A DNA stretch of 64,000 nt from Owenia fusiformis (Eukaryota). The notes beneath the pieces are model-generated. The model was not told the origin of the DNA. It worked only from the letters and a program-made list of their open reading frames with translations, and searched no databases. Positions 39,320 to 54,093 of the stretch are shown piece by piece (the stretch's first letter is position 1; each line of letters begins with the position of its first letter). Both the position numbers and the translations under genes were made by a program. The stretch spans positions 13,702,001-13,766,000 of the forward strand of contig CAIIXF020000001.1 in assembly GCA_903813345.2 (NCBI GenBank), given 5' to 3'.

Positions 39320-42130
39320 CACTATTTATTAACATACTATATATGCAAGGATCACTATTCATATTAAATGTGCAAGGGATTGGAATTTATTCAACATATT
39401 GAATATTTAATACACTAAATGTGTAGGGTATCACTATTCAACACATTAATTGTGCAGGAGATCACTTTTCATTCTACCAATTCAATATACTAATTAGTGT
39501 GTAGGGGATCACTATTTAACACACTAAATGTGCAGGGATCATTATTCATTCTACCAAAGCAATATACCAAGTCTGCAGGGGTCTCTTTTCAACATACTAA
39601 TTGTGCAGCCCGGATTACTATTCATTCTACCAATCCAATATACTAATTAGTGTGCAGGGGATCATTATTCGACACACTAAATGTGCAGGGATCATTATTC
39701 ATTCTGCCAAATCAATATACTAAGTCTGTAGGGGATATCTATTCAATATACTATATATGCAGGGGATCACTATTCATTCTACCAATTCAATATACTAAGT
39801 CTGTAGGGGATCTCTTTTCAACATACTATATGTGCAGGGGATCACTATTCATTCTACCAAATCAATATACCAAGTGTGCAGGGGGTCTCTTTTCAACATA
39901 CTATATGTGCAGGGGATCACTATTTATTCTACCAAATCAGTATACTAAGTCTGTAGGGGATCTCTTTTCAACATACTATATGTGCAGCCCGGATTACTAT
40001 TCATTCTACCAATCCAATATACTAATTAGTGTGCAGGGGATCATTATTCGACACACTAAATGTGCAGGGATCATTATTCATTCTACCAAATCAATATACT
40101 AAGTCTGTAGGGGATCTCTATTCAACATACTATATGTGCAGGGGATCACTATTCATTCTACCAATCCAATATACTAATTAGTGTGCAGGGGATCATTATT
40201 CGACACACTAAATGTGCAGGGATCATTATTCATTCTACCAAATCAATATACAAAGTGTGTAGGGGATCTCTATTCAACATACTATATGTGCAGGGGATCA
40301 CTATTCATTCTACCAATCCAATATACTAATTAGTGTGCAGGGGATCATTATTCGACACACTAAATGTGCAGGGATCATTATTCATTCTACCAAATCAATA
40401 TACCAAGTGTGTAGGGGATCTCTTTTCAACATACTAAATGTGCAGGGGATCACTATTCATTCTACCAATCCAATATACTAATTAGTGTGCAGGTGATCAT
40501 TATTTAAAACACGAAATGTGCAGGGATCATTATTCATTCTACCAAATCAATATACTAAGTCTGTAGGGGATCTCTTTTCAACATACTAATTGTGCAGGGG
40601 ATCACTATTCATTCTACCAATCCAATATACTAATTAGTGTGCAGGGGATCATTATTCGACACACTAAATGTGCAGGGATCATTATTCATTCTGCCAAATC
40701 AATATACTAAGTCTGTAGGGGATATCTATTCAATATACTAAATGTGCAGGGGATCACTATTCATTCTACCAATCCAATATACTAATTAGTGTGCAGGGGA
40801 TCATTATTTAACACACGAAATGTGCAGGGATCATTATTCATTCTACCAAATCAATATACCAAGTGTGTAGGGGTCTCTTTTCAATATACTATATGTGCAG
40901 GGGATCACTATTCATTCTACCAAATCAATATACAAAGTCTGTAGGGGTCTCTTTTCAATATACTATATGTGCAGGGGATCACTATTCATTCTACCAAATC
41001 AATATACCAAGTGTGCAGGGGGTCTCTTTTCAACATACTATATGTGCAGGGGATCACTATTCATTCTGCCAAATCAATATACTAAGTCTGTAGGGGATAT
41101 CTATTCAATATACTATATATGCAGGGGATCACTATTCATTCTACCAATTCAATATACTAAGTCTGTAGGGGATCTCTTTTCAACATACTAAATGTGCAGG
41201 GATCATTATTCATTCTACCAAATCAATATACAAAGTCTGTAGGGGATCTCTTTTCAACATACTAATTGTGCAGGGGATCACTATTCATTCTACCAATCCA
41301 ATATACTAATTAGTGTGCAGGGGATCATTATTGGACACACTAAATGTGCAGGGATCATTATTCATTCTACCAAATCAATATACTAAGTCTGTAGGGGATC
41401 TCTATTCAACATACTATATGTGCAGGGGATCACTATTCATTCTACCAATCCAATATACTAATTAGTGTGCAGGGGATCATTATTCGACACACTAAATGTG
41501 CAGGGATCATTATTCATTCTGCCAAATCAATATACTAAGTCTGTAGGGGATATCTATTCAATATACTAAATGTGCAGGGGATCACTATTCATTCTACCAA
41601 TCCAATATACTAATTAGTGTGCATGGGATCATTATTCAGCACACTAAATGTGCAGGGATCATTATTCATTCTGCCAAATCAATATACAAAGTCTGTAGGG
41701 GATCTCTTTTCAACATACTAATTGTGCAGGGGATCACTATTCATTCTACCAATCCAATATACTAATTAGTGTGCAGGGGATCATTATTCGACACACTAAA
41801 TGTGCAGGGATCATTATTCATTCTGCCAAATCAATATACTAAGTCTGTAGGGGATATCTATTCAATATACTAAATGTGCAGGGGATCACTATTCATTCTA
41901 CCAATCCAATATAGTAATTAGTGTGCAGGGGATCATTATTCAGCACACTAAATGTGTAGGGGATCACAACTCATTCTACGAAATTAATATCAATATTTTA
42001 AGTGTGTGAGGAATCACGATTCAGCATACTAGATGTGCAAGAAATCACTATTCAATATACTAAATACATGTATATGGGATCACTATTCAACAAACTGAAT
42101 ATTTAGGGTATCACTATTCAACACATCAAA
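39320..42130. repeat. Higher-order tandem repeat (~152-bp unit built from ~32- and ~43-bp subunits)
   Basis: Core TGTGCAGGGGATCAYTATTC. The 152-bp period is visible from e.g. 40101 to 40253. Edges are degenerate monomers. Confidence 0.95.
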
Positions 42131-44883
42131 TGTTCTGAATTTGAGTTGTCCCAAAGAGTTTGTTAGAATAAGGCCTTTTCTAGATTTATTGCGTCGATGT
42201 ATTCATTGATTAACCTTTAATTAATTTATGCTGAGTGTGTTGTTAGAGCAGATTTAATAAAAGGTTATCAAGCAATATATTAAAATGAATTTCTGTTTCT
42301 TTTCTTTCATGTACGTCCATGACATGATAAAAGCACTGCTATCATAACCTTGCGTCATACTTTTTAAAAAATGTAATTTTTATCTTTACGCAGTAATTTC
42401 TCTAAACAGGAATATTCCCGGGTGAGAAGTTTCTTCTGCCGTACTTGATAGGAACTTGTTTTCTTGAAGATTCATTTTAAATATAAGGTACACTTCATAA
42501 TTGAATATGGCATTTAGCAGACACTTATATGTTGCATGCCAGCAAACCATTTATGAGTTCTAGATGAGAGAAATGTTATTCTTTGAAGTTGTAATTGTCA
42601 GAAACATTTCTGCTTGCTTTACCTTGATCAAAAAACTATGTGTAATATTGAACAAATATGGACAGTTTATGATTCATGTATGAATCTTCTGAGCATGAAC
42701 AAATCAGAATGAACAACCTGCTTGCGCATAGAAAAATCAAAAATCAGCTTTAAATGGCTCAAATACCAATGGACGGATTTACATTAAAACCTGTGTATAT
42801 TGAACATAAAGTCGAGAGCTTGTGAGGAGGTGGTCACAAGAGAGAGGTGTTCACTTAGACAGATTTTACTGTATGTTGATACCTAGGGACAAGGGAGCTC
42901 TCAAGAAGAAATTTAAAAGATGGCCATTATTTATCAAATTGTGTTTTATTGGGTGAGATTTGCTACTTTGTGGAGTTGCTGTTTTCGAATTAAAAATTAA
43001 ATTGTAATTATGTAGTTATGTAATCTTAACCACGCTATATAAAACTATTACATATTTACTCAAAAACATTTTAAATCAATTTAATGTTACTTATACTTTG
43101 ATATGAGGAGAGGTTAAGTGAAAACATATTTATTGTAAATTGATATACATTAATAGATTTCCTCACTCTATAATAATTGCAGCACTTAATAATACTATTA
43201 ATACTATTGTTATTTATGATATATAGGTACAGTACAACATTGTTTATACCTCACTTACTCGCTATAATTAATAGTCATTGATAAAAATGATATCATCACA
43301 TATTTTTATTATAACTAAAGATATGAAAGAATGTACACAATTAATTAGGGAGTTCAGTATATCAATAAAATGTATTTTTATTTTTGTTTTTGTAATTCTA
43401 ACATTGCCATCTGTGTTTTCCAATAAGACTTTTTATGAATCTGAGCTACAAACTATTTGACATTTTCTAGATTTCTCAAGCAGACAAAAATCAGAAGAGA
43501 AAATAGAATTCCAAGATTAAAGACAATAATTAGTTAAAGGCGTCAGGCAGCTGTCTCTTATTAGATGTATGTGGCGGTCGTTTGTTGTGCTTCAGAGCCG
43601 CATTGAACATTTTAACATTAAGGTCAAACCATCAAGGCACAAGGCTAATTTAAAATGAAAACCTATCATTGATTTCTCAGGTAGCTTGATCTGAAGTACA
43701 ATATCAATGTTATCAAGAACATGAAATAATTTTACGGAAGAAAGGTTAATCCTTTTGATGTTGTCAACGTTACTTAAGAAAACAAAAACAAAAAAATTCT
43801 CAAATCAGCTCACATTTGCATTATTACAAAAAATTTCAGACGAATATTGAATCTGTTTGATGTAATCATTTAATCATGGATTGATATAGAAATATATTGC
43901 TTCATACGTTAAAGACACCTGAGGCTCACACCTGACAATCTGCACCTTAAGATCATGTGTGGCCCTTCAAGGCAAATCAGTCATTGGTTTTATAGATCCT
44001 TTAAGGCTAAAAGAATCATGCTAGAACACCATACATGCCATATGATAGAGAATCTATTTGTTCAGCATTAAGGACATATTATTAAATATCTGAATATGGG
44101 TATTGGATATTAAATCTTAAACATTTTATATCACACCAGGGGGGAGCCTGACAAAAATTATTGATTGCTGCTCCTGGCCTAAAAGTCTGTTTATTTATTC
44201 TTCTTTCTTTGACTATTTTCTAGAATTCACCGAAACTACATTGTTAAATCATTTCTACACTTTTTCATGGATGATGTGTTATTTCAATTGGTAATGAATA
44301 TGGAGGATGGGATCTAATCCTTCGTTAAATTACTTTCGCTAGACATAAACATTGATATTTTCATTCATACCTTTGGGAATTTCACTTTATTTAATGAACA
44401 ATATCAGCGTATTAACATCACACTCATAGTATTTGTGGTATTCGAAAACACCTTTCCCTTGTACAATAGGTATATCATTAATGGATATTCTGTGTTAGAG
44501 AACACTTACTCTAAAGAATTGTTTTATTTTGCTTGCAGATAACAGCACTAAGAGACAATAAAGAACAATCCATGATGGATGGGACAGCATTTTTTCTGCA
44601 TGTCAAATGGACACATCTTATTTGGAATAATCAATGGTCTCGCTGATGTACATACAGTCAGACAGTTGGGTTACTGAAACCATGTATCATTTAGTCACTG
44701 GGGAATATATAAATCACTCAGGAAATGAATACATGTGAAAATTTCTATATTGGATAATTATACACCTAAATCCTAGAATGCAAATGAAATATTCATATAG
44801 GCTGGACATGTAGCTGGTTGCAAAGGATTATATCAAGGAAATGGTGCCAATTGAAGGAGGAAAATCAAATATATTGTTGAGAT

Positions 44884-46481
44884 ATGAACATGTACACAAA
44901 TATAACGTTACCAGTTGAAAATGTTTCCGTAGTATCTGGACCACCTGATGTGTATCTTCCACATGCTGAACCTACGCTGGATTGGCCGCAAGCCTTCCAA
45001 ATATGGCATTGGGCATGGCCGTTACATATGTACCTGCTGGGGTCATGGTTCTCTGGCTTAGTAATATACACTTGCGTATCACTTCTGAACCTTCGTAAGA
45101 AAATTCGCAGCAATAGATATCTCATTCTCATCGATATATTCGTCCTAATGGCTGCTTTACTGCGCTGTTTGTATTTATTTCTCGACCCATATGAGTCGAC
45201 TCAGAGTGTGCCAACCGTGGTATCCAAGCTTGCGTATGCTTTAGTGTTCCCTTGTCTAACAGGGGCATTCAGTTATATCCATATTATGTTCCTGAAGATC
45301 ACCAAGATGCATTTCCAATCAAACAGGTTACAGACTGAACATTGTCTCCTTTGTTTCATCATTGGACACTTCAGCATTGTTGTGGTTATCTACACAATAG
45401 TGTCCTTTGCCCCACAGCTTAAGCTTCTTATCCTTATCGCTCAGACTGTGTTCATATTCTGGGGCTTGTTTCTATGTGCCAACTTCATCTACAGTGGATT
45501 CAGAACATCACAATACGCCACAGAAACCCAGCGGGCACTCAGAGAGTTGACACAATACAGCAAGGAAAGAAAATTATCAAAAGATAGCTCCTCGAATATG
45601 AAAGTCCTTCGATTGACCAAACCCAAACTTGTGATAGATGAAAGTCATTATGATTTCATGACGGACACCTCAAGTGAATCAAATACAGTGTCTTATTTCA
45701 ATGAGTCTGCCATAGACAGACCAGGAGGGGGCAGAGTTCAGCAAAGTGGTACAGTGGAGAGTACATTTACAATCCCTTCACCAGCTCAGGAGAATATACT
45801 TGGTGTTGAGGTTGACACACGTCATGATCTCACTTTTGATAGCAGGACTTGCAACTCTAGTGAAACTGACTCTGGGGCTATCGCTCCGCAGCCTATTTCC
45901 AACTCAACTAAACTAACACGTAAGGCATCTAATCCCACAACTCGCTCCCTCCGTAGATCTAGTTGCTCTGATGCCATCAGGTTGGTGCGACTGTTCCATC
46001 AACGTGGTTATGAGAAGTCCAACTGCTCAAGCACTAGTAGTGTGTTCACCATAGATGATAATGCCAACTCCCATGGATTTAAGGCTGCAAATGGCCATAT
46101 AAATAGCCTTAAAGCAGAGACTGACACAATTGGGGAGGAGAGAGGTTATATGGCTGATACTGACTCACCAATAAGAAGACCCAAACGATATAAACATAAG
46201 GGTAAACATAAAATAGATCACCAGGAAGTGCAAACAATCGGTGACAGTCCTGAACATCGTCTGTACCAACTGAAAATGGGTAGTGAGACAATAATGAGTT
46301 TGTACAGGATACGCCAGGGTCGGGTGTTACACAGAGTTCTGAAGGTGGCTTACTTTACGGCACTCTGTGGCTTTCTGTGCTGTGTTCTACAGATCTATGC
46401 AATGTTTGGGGAGTATGGTGTCTTGTCTACTGTTGTCAGTCCCGAGCCGTGGCCTTGGTACGTCTTCCAGTCATGTGCTAG
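44884..46481 (+). CDS. PRRT3/PRRT4-like (proline-rich transmembrane protein family) 7TM orphan protein, main coding exon
   Basis: 533-codon ORF with family-like motifs PTLDWPQAFQIWHWAWPLHMY, LLRCLYLFLDPY, LVFPCLTGAF and PEPWPWYVFQ. It has five hydrophobic helices, a long Ser-rich loop, then TM6 and the start of TM7. It ends at the strong donor AG|gtaagt (46481/46482); the ORF's 'stop' is intronic. Confidence 0.85.
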
Positions 46482-49261
46482 GTAAGTAGATGGATGAATG
46501 ATACGACGATGACATCATCATCATTTTGTTAAAGATTGCATCTCAATTTACAGCGTTTATTTACACTTAACTTTCACTTTGGCAAATATCCCTTGGGTTT
46601 ACAATACGTTTATAAAATATTTATTATGTATAATCACGATACTCTTCAGTGTCCCATATTTCATTCATATCTACATTTTCTATGATTTATTGGTATCATG
46701 GGAGAAAGCTTTTCAATAAATCAAGTCTCATATAGTTTTGTTCCTGTATTAATGTATCAACTTTTACCATTTGAATCGCTCATTCCCTTAGGCTACCAGC
46801 ATTGACATTCTACTCAAAAATATCAATTTTCTTCTTATGTATTGTAATGACTTCAGTATCAATAATATTTCCCTTGGTGTCAGTATAAATGATATTTCCC
46901 TTGGTGTTATGGTCTCTAATTGTGATATTGGTACTTGAATGGTGGGGGAAGGGGGTATTAGACCCTGTTTCTTTTCTCTTTGGGTTATGATTCGAGATTT
47001 TCTTTTTTCCAGATGACTGGTGTACTCTAAGGTGTTTTCTTTTTCTTGTAGTGTTCTGTAACTATTTTTGGTAATTTCCCATTTGCATTTGTGGTTAAAT
47101 GAGGGGAGGGGAGCAATCATATTGTGCACCTTCAATGTGACTAGTTGAACCAATTCACCTCATCCAGGCTCTCATGCTATGCTTTTGTGTCTCCCCATTG
47201 TCAAAAATAATAAAATGATATAATTGATTTCACACCATTGTGACTCAAACTTCACATGTCAGATTATCGTTTTATTGATGAAGACTTCTAATTGTCCAGG
47301 ATTTAATTCAGATCAATTTGTTGTTGTTATCTGAGCGTTGATCGCGATGTGTTTTGGTGTTGGATGTCACTGTTATAGGGTCTTAAATACCCATTTGGGA
47401 TAAGAATTACTCTGGAGATTAAAATCTAGAATACATAACTATAGATTACCACCTCTATTGAATACTGATTATATTATCTTACTGCAAAAATATTTATTCC
47501 CTGTTCCATTATTTTATTAGATGTTGGATTCTGCAGGCGCCTCAGTTGCCTTGCTTCAAGTCTTAACATTCATATTATTAGATATACAGTAAAATATGTG
47601 TTAGTGTATCACCTCTGGTACCTCAAAATTGTACCATTTGGGAGGTTCATTTTACATTAAATTAATGGGTAACTGGACTTCCACTTATAGGGGTGTTCCA
47701 CTCAACAGGTTACACTGTATACACTCCAAATTATTACAGAATAAAATTTATTCAGACATTTTTTCAATTGGAACCTGGAAATGAAAAAAATGCCTGGACT
47801 ATTTAAATTTGCCTCTTATTACTTGTATTGTCCCTTGTGAGTTTAACATCTTTAACTTGTGTATTTGCTTCATAAGTAGTACATACATGGCCTGTCAACT
47901 TATTGCCATAGGGTTATATTGGTTGAGCTTTCCATACATACAACCTTCCTTATTGCATGTCATTCTGGCTTACAGTATGATCAGCTATTCTATTGTTTTA
48001 ATAGCATCAAAGTAATGAAAGTACACATTGTAATTGTAAGTAAGGTGTAAGGGATGCTCAAAAATATCATATGTCACGCTCTTTTGTAATATAAGTTTAG
48101 CTGAACATTGGTGCCTAGACAACTATCACATGTTAAGTTCTATCACATAAAATAAATGTTATTGTAGCATCAACTGACAATATTTTGAAAAATAGTAAGA
48201 GTGAAATAATTTTTAACTTCAAGAACAAAGACTATTTACGTAAGATATATTTCAGTTTTGACATTTCTTATCACAAGGGTGTTATCAGACTCAGAATCTC
48301 AAAGAGGGAAATATCTGGTGTATCTATAGATATTGGTTTTTGAATTATTAAGTCGAGGGAAATGGCCCCTATTTATTTCCTTATATTAAAGACCATCAAG
48401 TGTGTGTAAATCAATGGTTTAATTAACGAAGTATTAGCGATTTTAATTGGATGTGTAAGAAGTCAGGAATCCCTTCCGAGAAAGAAACATTCCTCTATTT
48501 TGTTGAAATATGTCTTCCTTATTTAAAGCGTTTATGTAAAATGCTCAATTAAGTTCACCAATTACGATTTTATCCTCTCAATAAATTTAAGTCTAGATTG
48601 AATCTGTGTGAGACTCTCAGCAGGAATAAAGAAATTGTACAAGTTCCGAATTCATTTTGGCTAAATTAATCGCTAATAGACGTCTGATTACTTTAACAGC
48701 TCAAATGATGTTGAATTGAGTGAAATGAAAACTTGGCCGAGTCTCAGTGGATCGCTAACTTCTGATTTCCTCTCGCTCCAATTATTGAAAAAATAAATGA
48801 GTTGGGGAGTACCTCTCATTTTGAATGACATTCATTAGGCTTTCATTATTCTGTAATGTGAATTATAGGATATTTATCATTGAGGAACCATTTAAATTAG
48901 ATGTAACCTAAAACTTCCTCCATGTCATTCTAATGTCTAGAATCACAGAAGGAAATATTCTAAATTTTCATCATGTATTGACGAGACTGCTAGACACTAC
49001 ATCATTAACTCATTTTTGACATCTAAAGCTATTGCTATTAAGGAAGTGTACCTAAAGATTATACCTATGTGCTGATCATTTTACAAATAAGAAATGAAAA
49101 GGCAATACAATCTAAGCCAAATTGATGAAATCCTGCTAAAGGCACAATTATGAAGTAAGTTTCACTGAGACCAACTAAAATTAAACTGAAAATGTTATAT
49201 TTAAATTGTACATTTTTCTTCAAACTAATTCTCAAATTTGAGTATGTGCTCGGCATACATA

Positions 49262-49680
49262 TATTCTGAGAATGTGTAGATCATTTTGAAAAAAAATTGG
49301 TTAATATGAAGCAAGTTCGAAAATGACCTTGTTAGTTTTTTTACCTTGATAGGGTCATTGAAGGTCAAATCTGAAATCAAAAGTAAGATTTGAACTTCTC
49401 AAACTTTGTAGATGATTTTGAAAAAATATTTGGCTGATTTGGATCAAGTTTGAAAAATACCCTTTTGACCTTTTCTTCCTCAACCTTAAGAATGTCATTG
49501 AAGGTCAAATCTTAAGTCAGAATTGTACTTTTGAGAACTTGAAGATGATTTTGAAAAAAGGTCAATTTGAAGCAAGTTCGAAAAATAGCTTTTTGACTTT
49601 TTTGACATTGAGATGGTCATTGGAGGTCAAATTTAAAATATAAAGTCAGAATTAAACTTCTGAGAACTTGTAGATGATTT
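49262..49680. repeat. Short tandem array (~130-bp unit, ~3.2 copies), same family as 55280-55840
   Basis: The motif TTCTGAGAACTTGTAGATGATTTT recurs at ~49264, 49396, 49529 and 49658. Confidence 0.8.
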
Positions 49681-50008
49681 CATGGGTTAATGAATGGGAT
49701 TTGAAAAATTTCACAATGCATGTCATTCAGAGCGAATGGAAATGGTCTGAAGCACTCTGTTCAAAAAGAATTGAGATATCTAATCAAATATAGAAGTCAA
49801 TATAGAATATAGAATAGAAGTTAATATAGAATAGAAGATATAAGATGCTAATTGTCCAAAATTAGAATTAAAGCAGATAACATTGAAAGCAATAAAGTCA
49901 GAACTCTCAGATTTTTTATTAGAAATAGCCATTTGAAGTGGAAGGAGCACAATGTAAAATTGTGACAATCTTTTTCAAAACTTAATCTCAACTATCTCTA
50001 TCCCTTTT

Positions 50009-50195
50009 CTGTAAAATCTGTAAAATGGAACACCTCTATAAATGGAACACCTCTTTAATTGGAACACTTTCCAGAGTACCATGACCAACTGACTCAATGA
50101 TAAATGAACGTTGGTTATTGGAACCATTGGAACACCCCCAAAGTGGAACACTTTCTAGAGGTACCAAAAGTGTTCCTCTTACACAGGTTTTACTG
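50009..50195. mobile_element. Tc1/mariner-type MITE related to 23900-24136
   Basis: Repeated TGGAACAC motifs and right end ACAGGTTTTACTG|TA. Confidence 0.65.
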
Positions 50196-51921
50196 TACTT
50201 CCTTAAGTGGTGTTCATCAAGCTAAACAATGTTTGTGTTGCAAGATTTTATCACAAGATATCTTTCAGAAATATGCATGAATTCATTCACCTCTAATAAT
50301 GGCTCAGTATATGGTTCAGTGACTCTAACTGTCATTCAAATTCAATTATTTGATTGAAAATATATGTACATTCTGAGATATTCCTACACTTACAAACCCA
50401 ATTCTGGATAGATTGATAATAGTTATACAATCATTGAGTATTCCAAATGTCTGTATGACGCTATAATTGTGACAGGCTTGACATGGACTTTAGAATAGAT
50501 TGAAGAGAAAATTGTCTAAATAATTTACAATGGGATTTAGATCTGATGCAATTCTGTCTTTATTATTAAAATACAGCAAAATGCTATAGAGTCCTCATTA
50601 ATCATGACATGATGAATGTATATTTTAGATAAAAAAGAATCCTGCCCTTTCAATGTTCTTGCTCTTGTCCAAACATGCAAATATTTATCATATGGTTTTA
50701 AATGTTGCATTGAAATACAAATATGTTAATAGTGTTATTGACTTGGGTTAAAATTGTCCTAGCAGTGTGGAGGTCATGTCCTCAAAGGGTCACTAAAGGT
50801 CACATAAATCAGATTGGAAATGGAATCTACTTGATGATTTTTGTTTTTTATCAGTTGTGATTGTATTTAAAACCATTTGTCCCAGATATCTAAAATGCAT
50901 TTTTATGTCACCACATTCTTATAGTCTCAAACGTTTTTGTGTTTGGCATTCGATGGTTGGTTCGATGGATTCAGTGGTCAGCATCTGTAACAAATGACAG
51001 GTGGTGACATTTTGCATGTTAATGTCTTGTATACCTTGAGGGACCCAGAAATTACCATTTACATGTAGGTCCTAATTGTTATATGACCCTTTGACCTTTT
51101 AAGAATCATCTTTCTTACCATCTTGGGTCTCATTTGACCAGGATCTGTATGAGCTAAATTTTAGTGAAGTGTTTTAGGATTTGAAAAACTTTGTTTGAAC
51201 TAGTATTTTACCCATGACTTTGTAATATAAATTTCAGACTTTGGTAAAGCCTCCTTAACTACCTTGTACCTTGTTTGATACAACCCCTTTAGAAAATCCT
51301 GAAAATGTCAATTCTGTTTCATTGTATGGGAATGAGTTGTCTCATCCTTGGATGTTTTGAAACACTTAAAGATTCTCTCATCCACTTCACATATCCCTTA
51401 TGGTTTTAATCCTTATTACAAATATTCACACCCTTTCATTATGTTTGTCACATTGTATTTGAAGAGTCTCCTGTGTGAACAATAGCAGGATTTATTTGCA
51501 AAATGAAAACAGGATCGATTGCACACATTTCTGAGAGAGGTGCCATCATGGTGAATGATGTGTTAAAGGATTTAGGCCCAGGGCTCAATGAATTTTGAAT
51601 TATTTTAAGGCAAAATATTTTACATCAGACTTTGAATCATGCAGGGTGAGAGCTCAATTCAAATGGAAAGATACTGAGATACAAGACATTGTACATTAAA
51701 TTACACACAGTGTGTGTTAAAATTCTTTCATACATTGCAAAAGATGTTAGACAGTTTACCTCTAAAAAGAAATTCAACCAGAAACCTTGTTGAAAGGCAG
51801 AAGTACGGAAACAACATATTATATGTGATTTGATTCTCGGGGGGGGGGTCATAATACATGTATAAACCAACTTGGAAATATGTGTGCATTTGAGTAACCC
51901 ATTTCATATATTTGCTTTCAG

Positions 51922-52033
51922 GGTGGCAGAGCTTGGGATGCTCTCAACTATGGCATATATCACCTTTACCACTGGCAAATACAAGCGGAAGAGAAGAGGC
52001 AGGAAACGCAATATACATTCAGAAGACAGATAA
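51922..52033 (+). CDS. PRRT3/4-like terminal coding exon (RVAELGMLSTMAYITFTTGKYKRKRRGRKRNIHSEDR*)
   Basis: Acceptor tttgctttcag at 51921. Phase 2 matches the upstream donor and completes TM7 (FQSCAR-VAELGM). Total protein 569 aa. Confidence 0.82.
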
Positions 52034-53827
52034 ACTTTTGCCAAGTTATGGGCACTTATTTCAATGTTAAATGTTGAGTCCTTTTTGGTCTATTTTGAGA
52101 CAATTAAGGGGTTGACTCAATATCTTATGAGTAAAAATGTTTCGATGTGATTTATTGAAAAACTAATTGAACCCTGACTTACACTGGGATGTGAACATTT
52201 TGGCAAAGATGAAGCAACTACATACCAATCTGATTCAAGGTCATTTGAATCGACCTTTATTGTAATTCTTCATGTGGAGAGTATATCACTGTGTAATTTC
52301 TTAACTTAACTTAATAAGGATCGCCAATCGTGAAAAATGTAATAGATTTGAACTCTAAATTACTGGTGGACTGTATGATTGACCTTAATATCACCTTCCT
52401 GGATCGTATGATTAACCTTAATATCATCTTTGTTCACTCGGCTCCCTTTGGTCGGAGATGCCTTATAATAGTGTGTCTTATTGCCAATAGTACTTTCAAA
52501 TTCTTCACCCATGAGATTCTATTTGCCGACCTTATAGTACTACTGTAATACGATCCAAAGAAGTAAATGATGTCTAATGAACTATAGTCTTGTAATTACA
52601 ATGTATGGGTGACTTGAAGTAAAGGGAATGAGCAACAGTGATGTCCTGTTGCATGAACCATACAATACTGGCAATTAAGGGGATCAAATTACCCGTAACT
52701 AACTTTGAATCTTTAAAGAGGATTCGTTTCCAAATGATCTCAGTTTGTAATATGATGAGGCAGACATAATGAATAAATTGGACAATGCAAAAGAAACTGT
52801 AAATTGATACATTTTGTTCTGTCGTACTGTTTTTTGATTTAGTATGATGACAAAAACATGTAGCTTTTATATGATGTTTATCCACATTTCACATGAAACC
52901 AAGAGACAATTAAGGGAGAAATTTTGACAATTTAAAAAACTGAGCTCATTGGCCTATCCTTTGTTGCGCCTTTTGAGGTCAAGGTCAAATTCTTAGAGAA
53001 AAATTGGCAATAAATTGAAATATTTAGCTGTGAAGGTAACTGATTTCTTTGTTCAGGAAGATTTCAAATCATGCAGAATTTCTTTTGTTTTGTTGTAATA
53101 ACTTTTCATCAGCTTAGCCAATATATCAGGTTTCTCAATATCCTCACGTCACAAATGTCTGTATGCAAAATGTAACCTTATTAAGATACAAAATAACTGT
53201 AATTCAATTGACATCCACTTCATCTTGTTATACAGTTTCATTTGTTCCTACATCTTGTTAAATGTCAGGACATGAAAGAATGTAACTCAATTAGAGAACC
53301 TGGTCAAATGTCACAAATGGAGTCATCAATGTATTAGCTTGTGATCAAACAATGTCATCCCAAAGGAGAATGGGTGATAATAAGGTTAGTGCTCTCTCAA
53401 AGAACCTTTAACATATTATTATTGCTACAGCATCTAGGTGTTATTGTTCAATATTAACATTAGCCTACTTTGGTGAGCTGAGGACATTAGGACTTGAATG
53501 TCCTGTTATTTTAACTTACAAGACTCTCCTTTGTCTACCATTGACACTAGGCAGAAAGAAGGGATGCGACTTATAACAAGGCAAAGGATTCCCAAGATTC
53601 CCAGATTGTTGATTCAATTACAGAAAAACAATGATTAGTATAGTTTTCCCCCTCGATATTGAATCATCTGCAACTGCTCTCAAATACTTTCTTCAGCAAA
53701 GTATGATAAAAATGAGATGGTTAAACAAATAAGACACATAATGATAAATATTGCACTTTAAAGAGCAAAATGGCTGTCATGTAATTTACCCAGCATGCCC
53801 AAAGTCTAACCAGATGTGGACAGATAT

Positions 53828-54093
53828 CACTGGTGATCCGCTCGATTACGCTGGTTACCGAAACGGTTCGTTTTGGTAACAAAATGTCGGAACGTCGAAG
53901 GTACGATTTTTCTCTTTTCCTTATTTCACGCATTGTAGGCAGAATCCCAACAACATTTTTTCTCACAAACGTGTATCAGCATCATATGTCGTGAGAATTC
54001 TGCCTACATCGTGTGAAATAAGGAAAAAAGAAAAATAGTACCTTCGATGTTCCGACGTTTTGGTAACCAGCGTAATCGAGTGGATCACCAGTG
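53828..54093. mobile_element. Foldback MITE with CAC...GTG termini and 5-bp TSD (Transib-like)
   Basis: CACTGGTGATCC...GGATCACCAGTG with ~100-bp imperfect inverted arms, flanked by GATAT/GATAT. Confidence 0.8.

Noticed and set aside
39650-41191. Repetitive ORFs (150, 76, 98 aa) in the tandem array; also a superficial CRISPR-like periodicity
   Set aside because: The ORFs are by-products of 75-bp units and shift frame freely. There are no unique spacers or cas genes, and the context is eukaryotic.
44865-46291. Antisense ORFs 44865..45131 and 46109..46291
   Set aside because: Shadows of the 7TM coding exon with no independent support.
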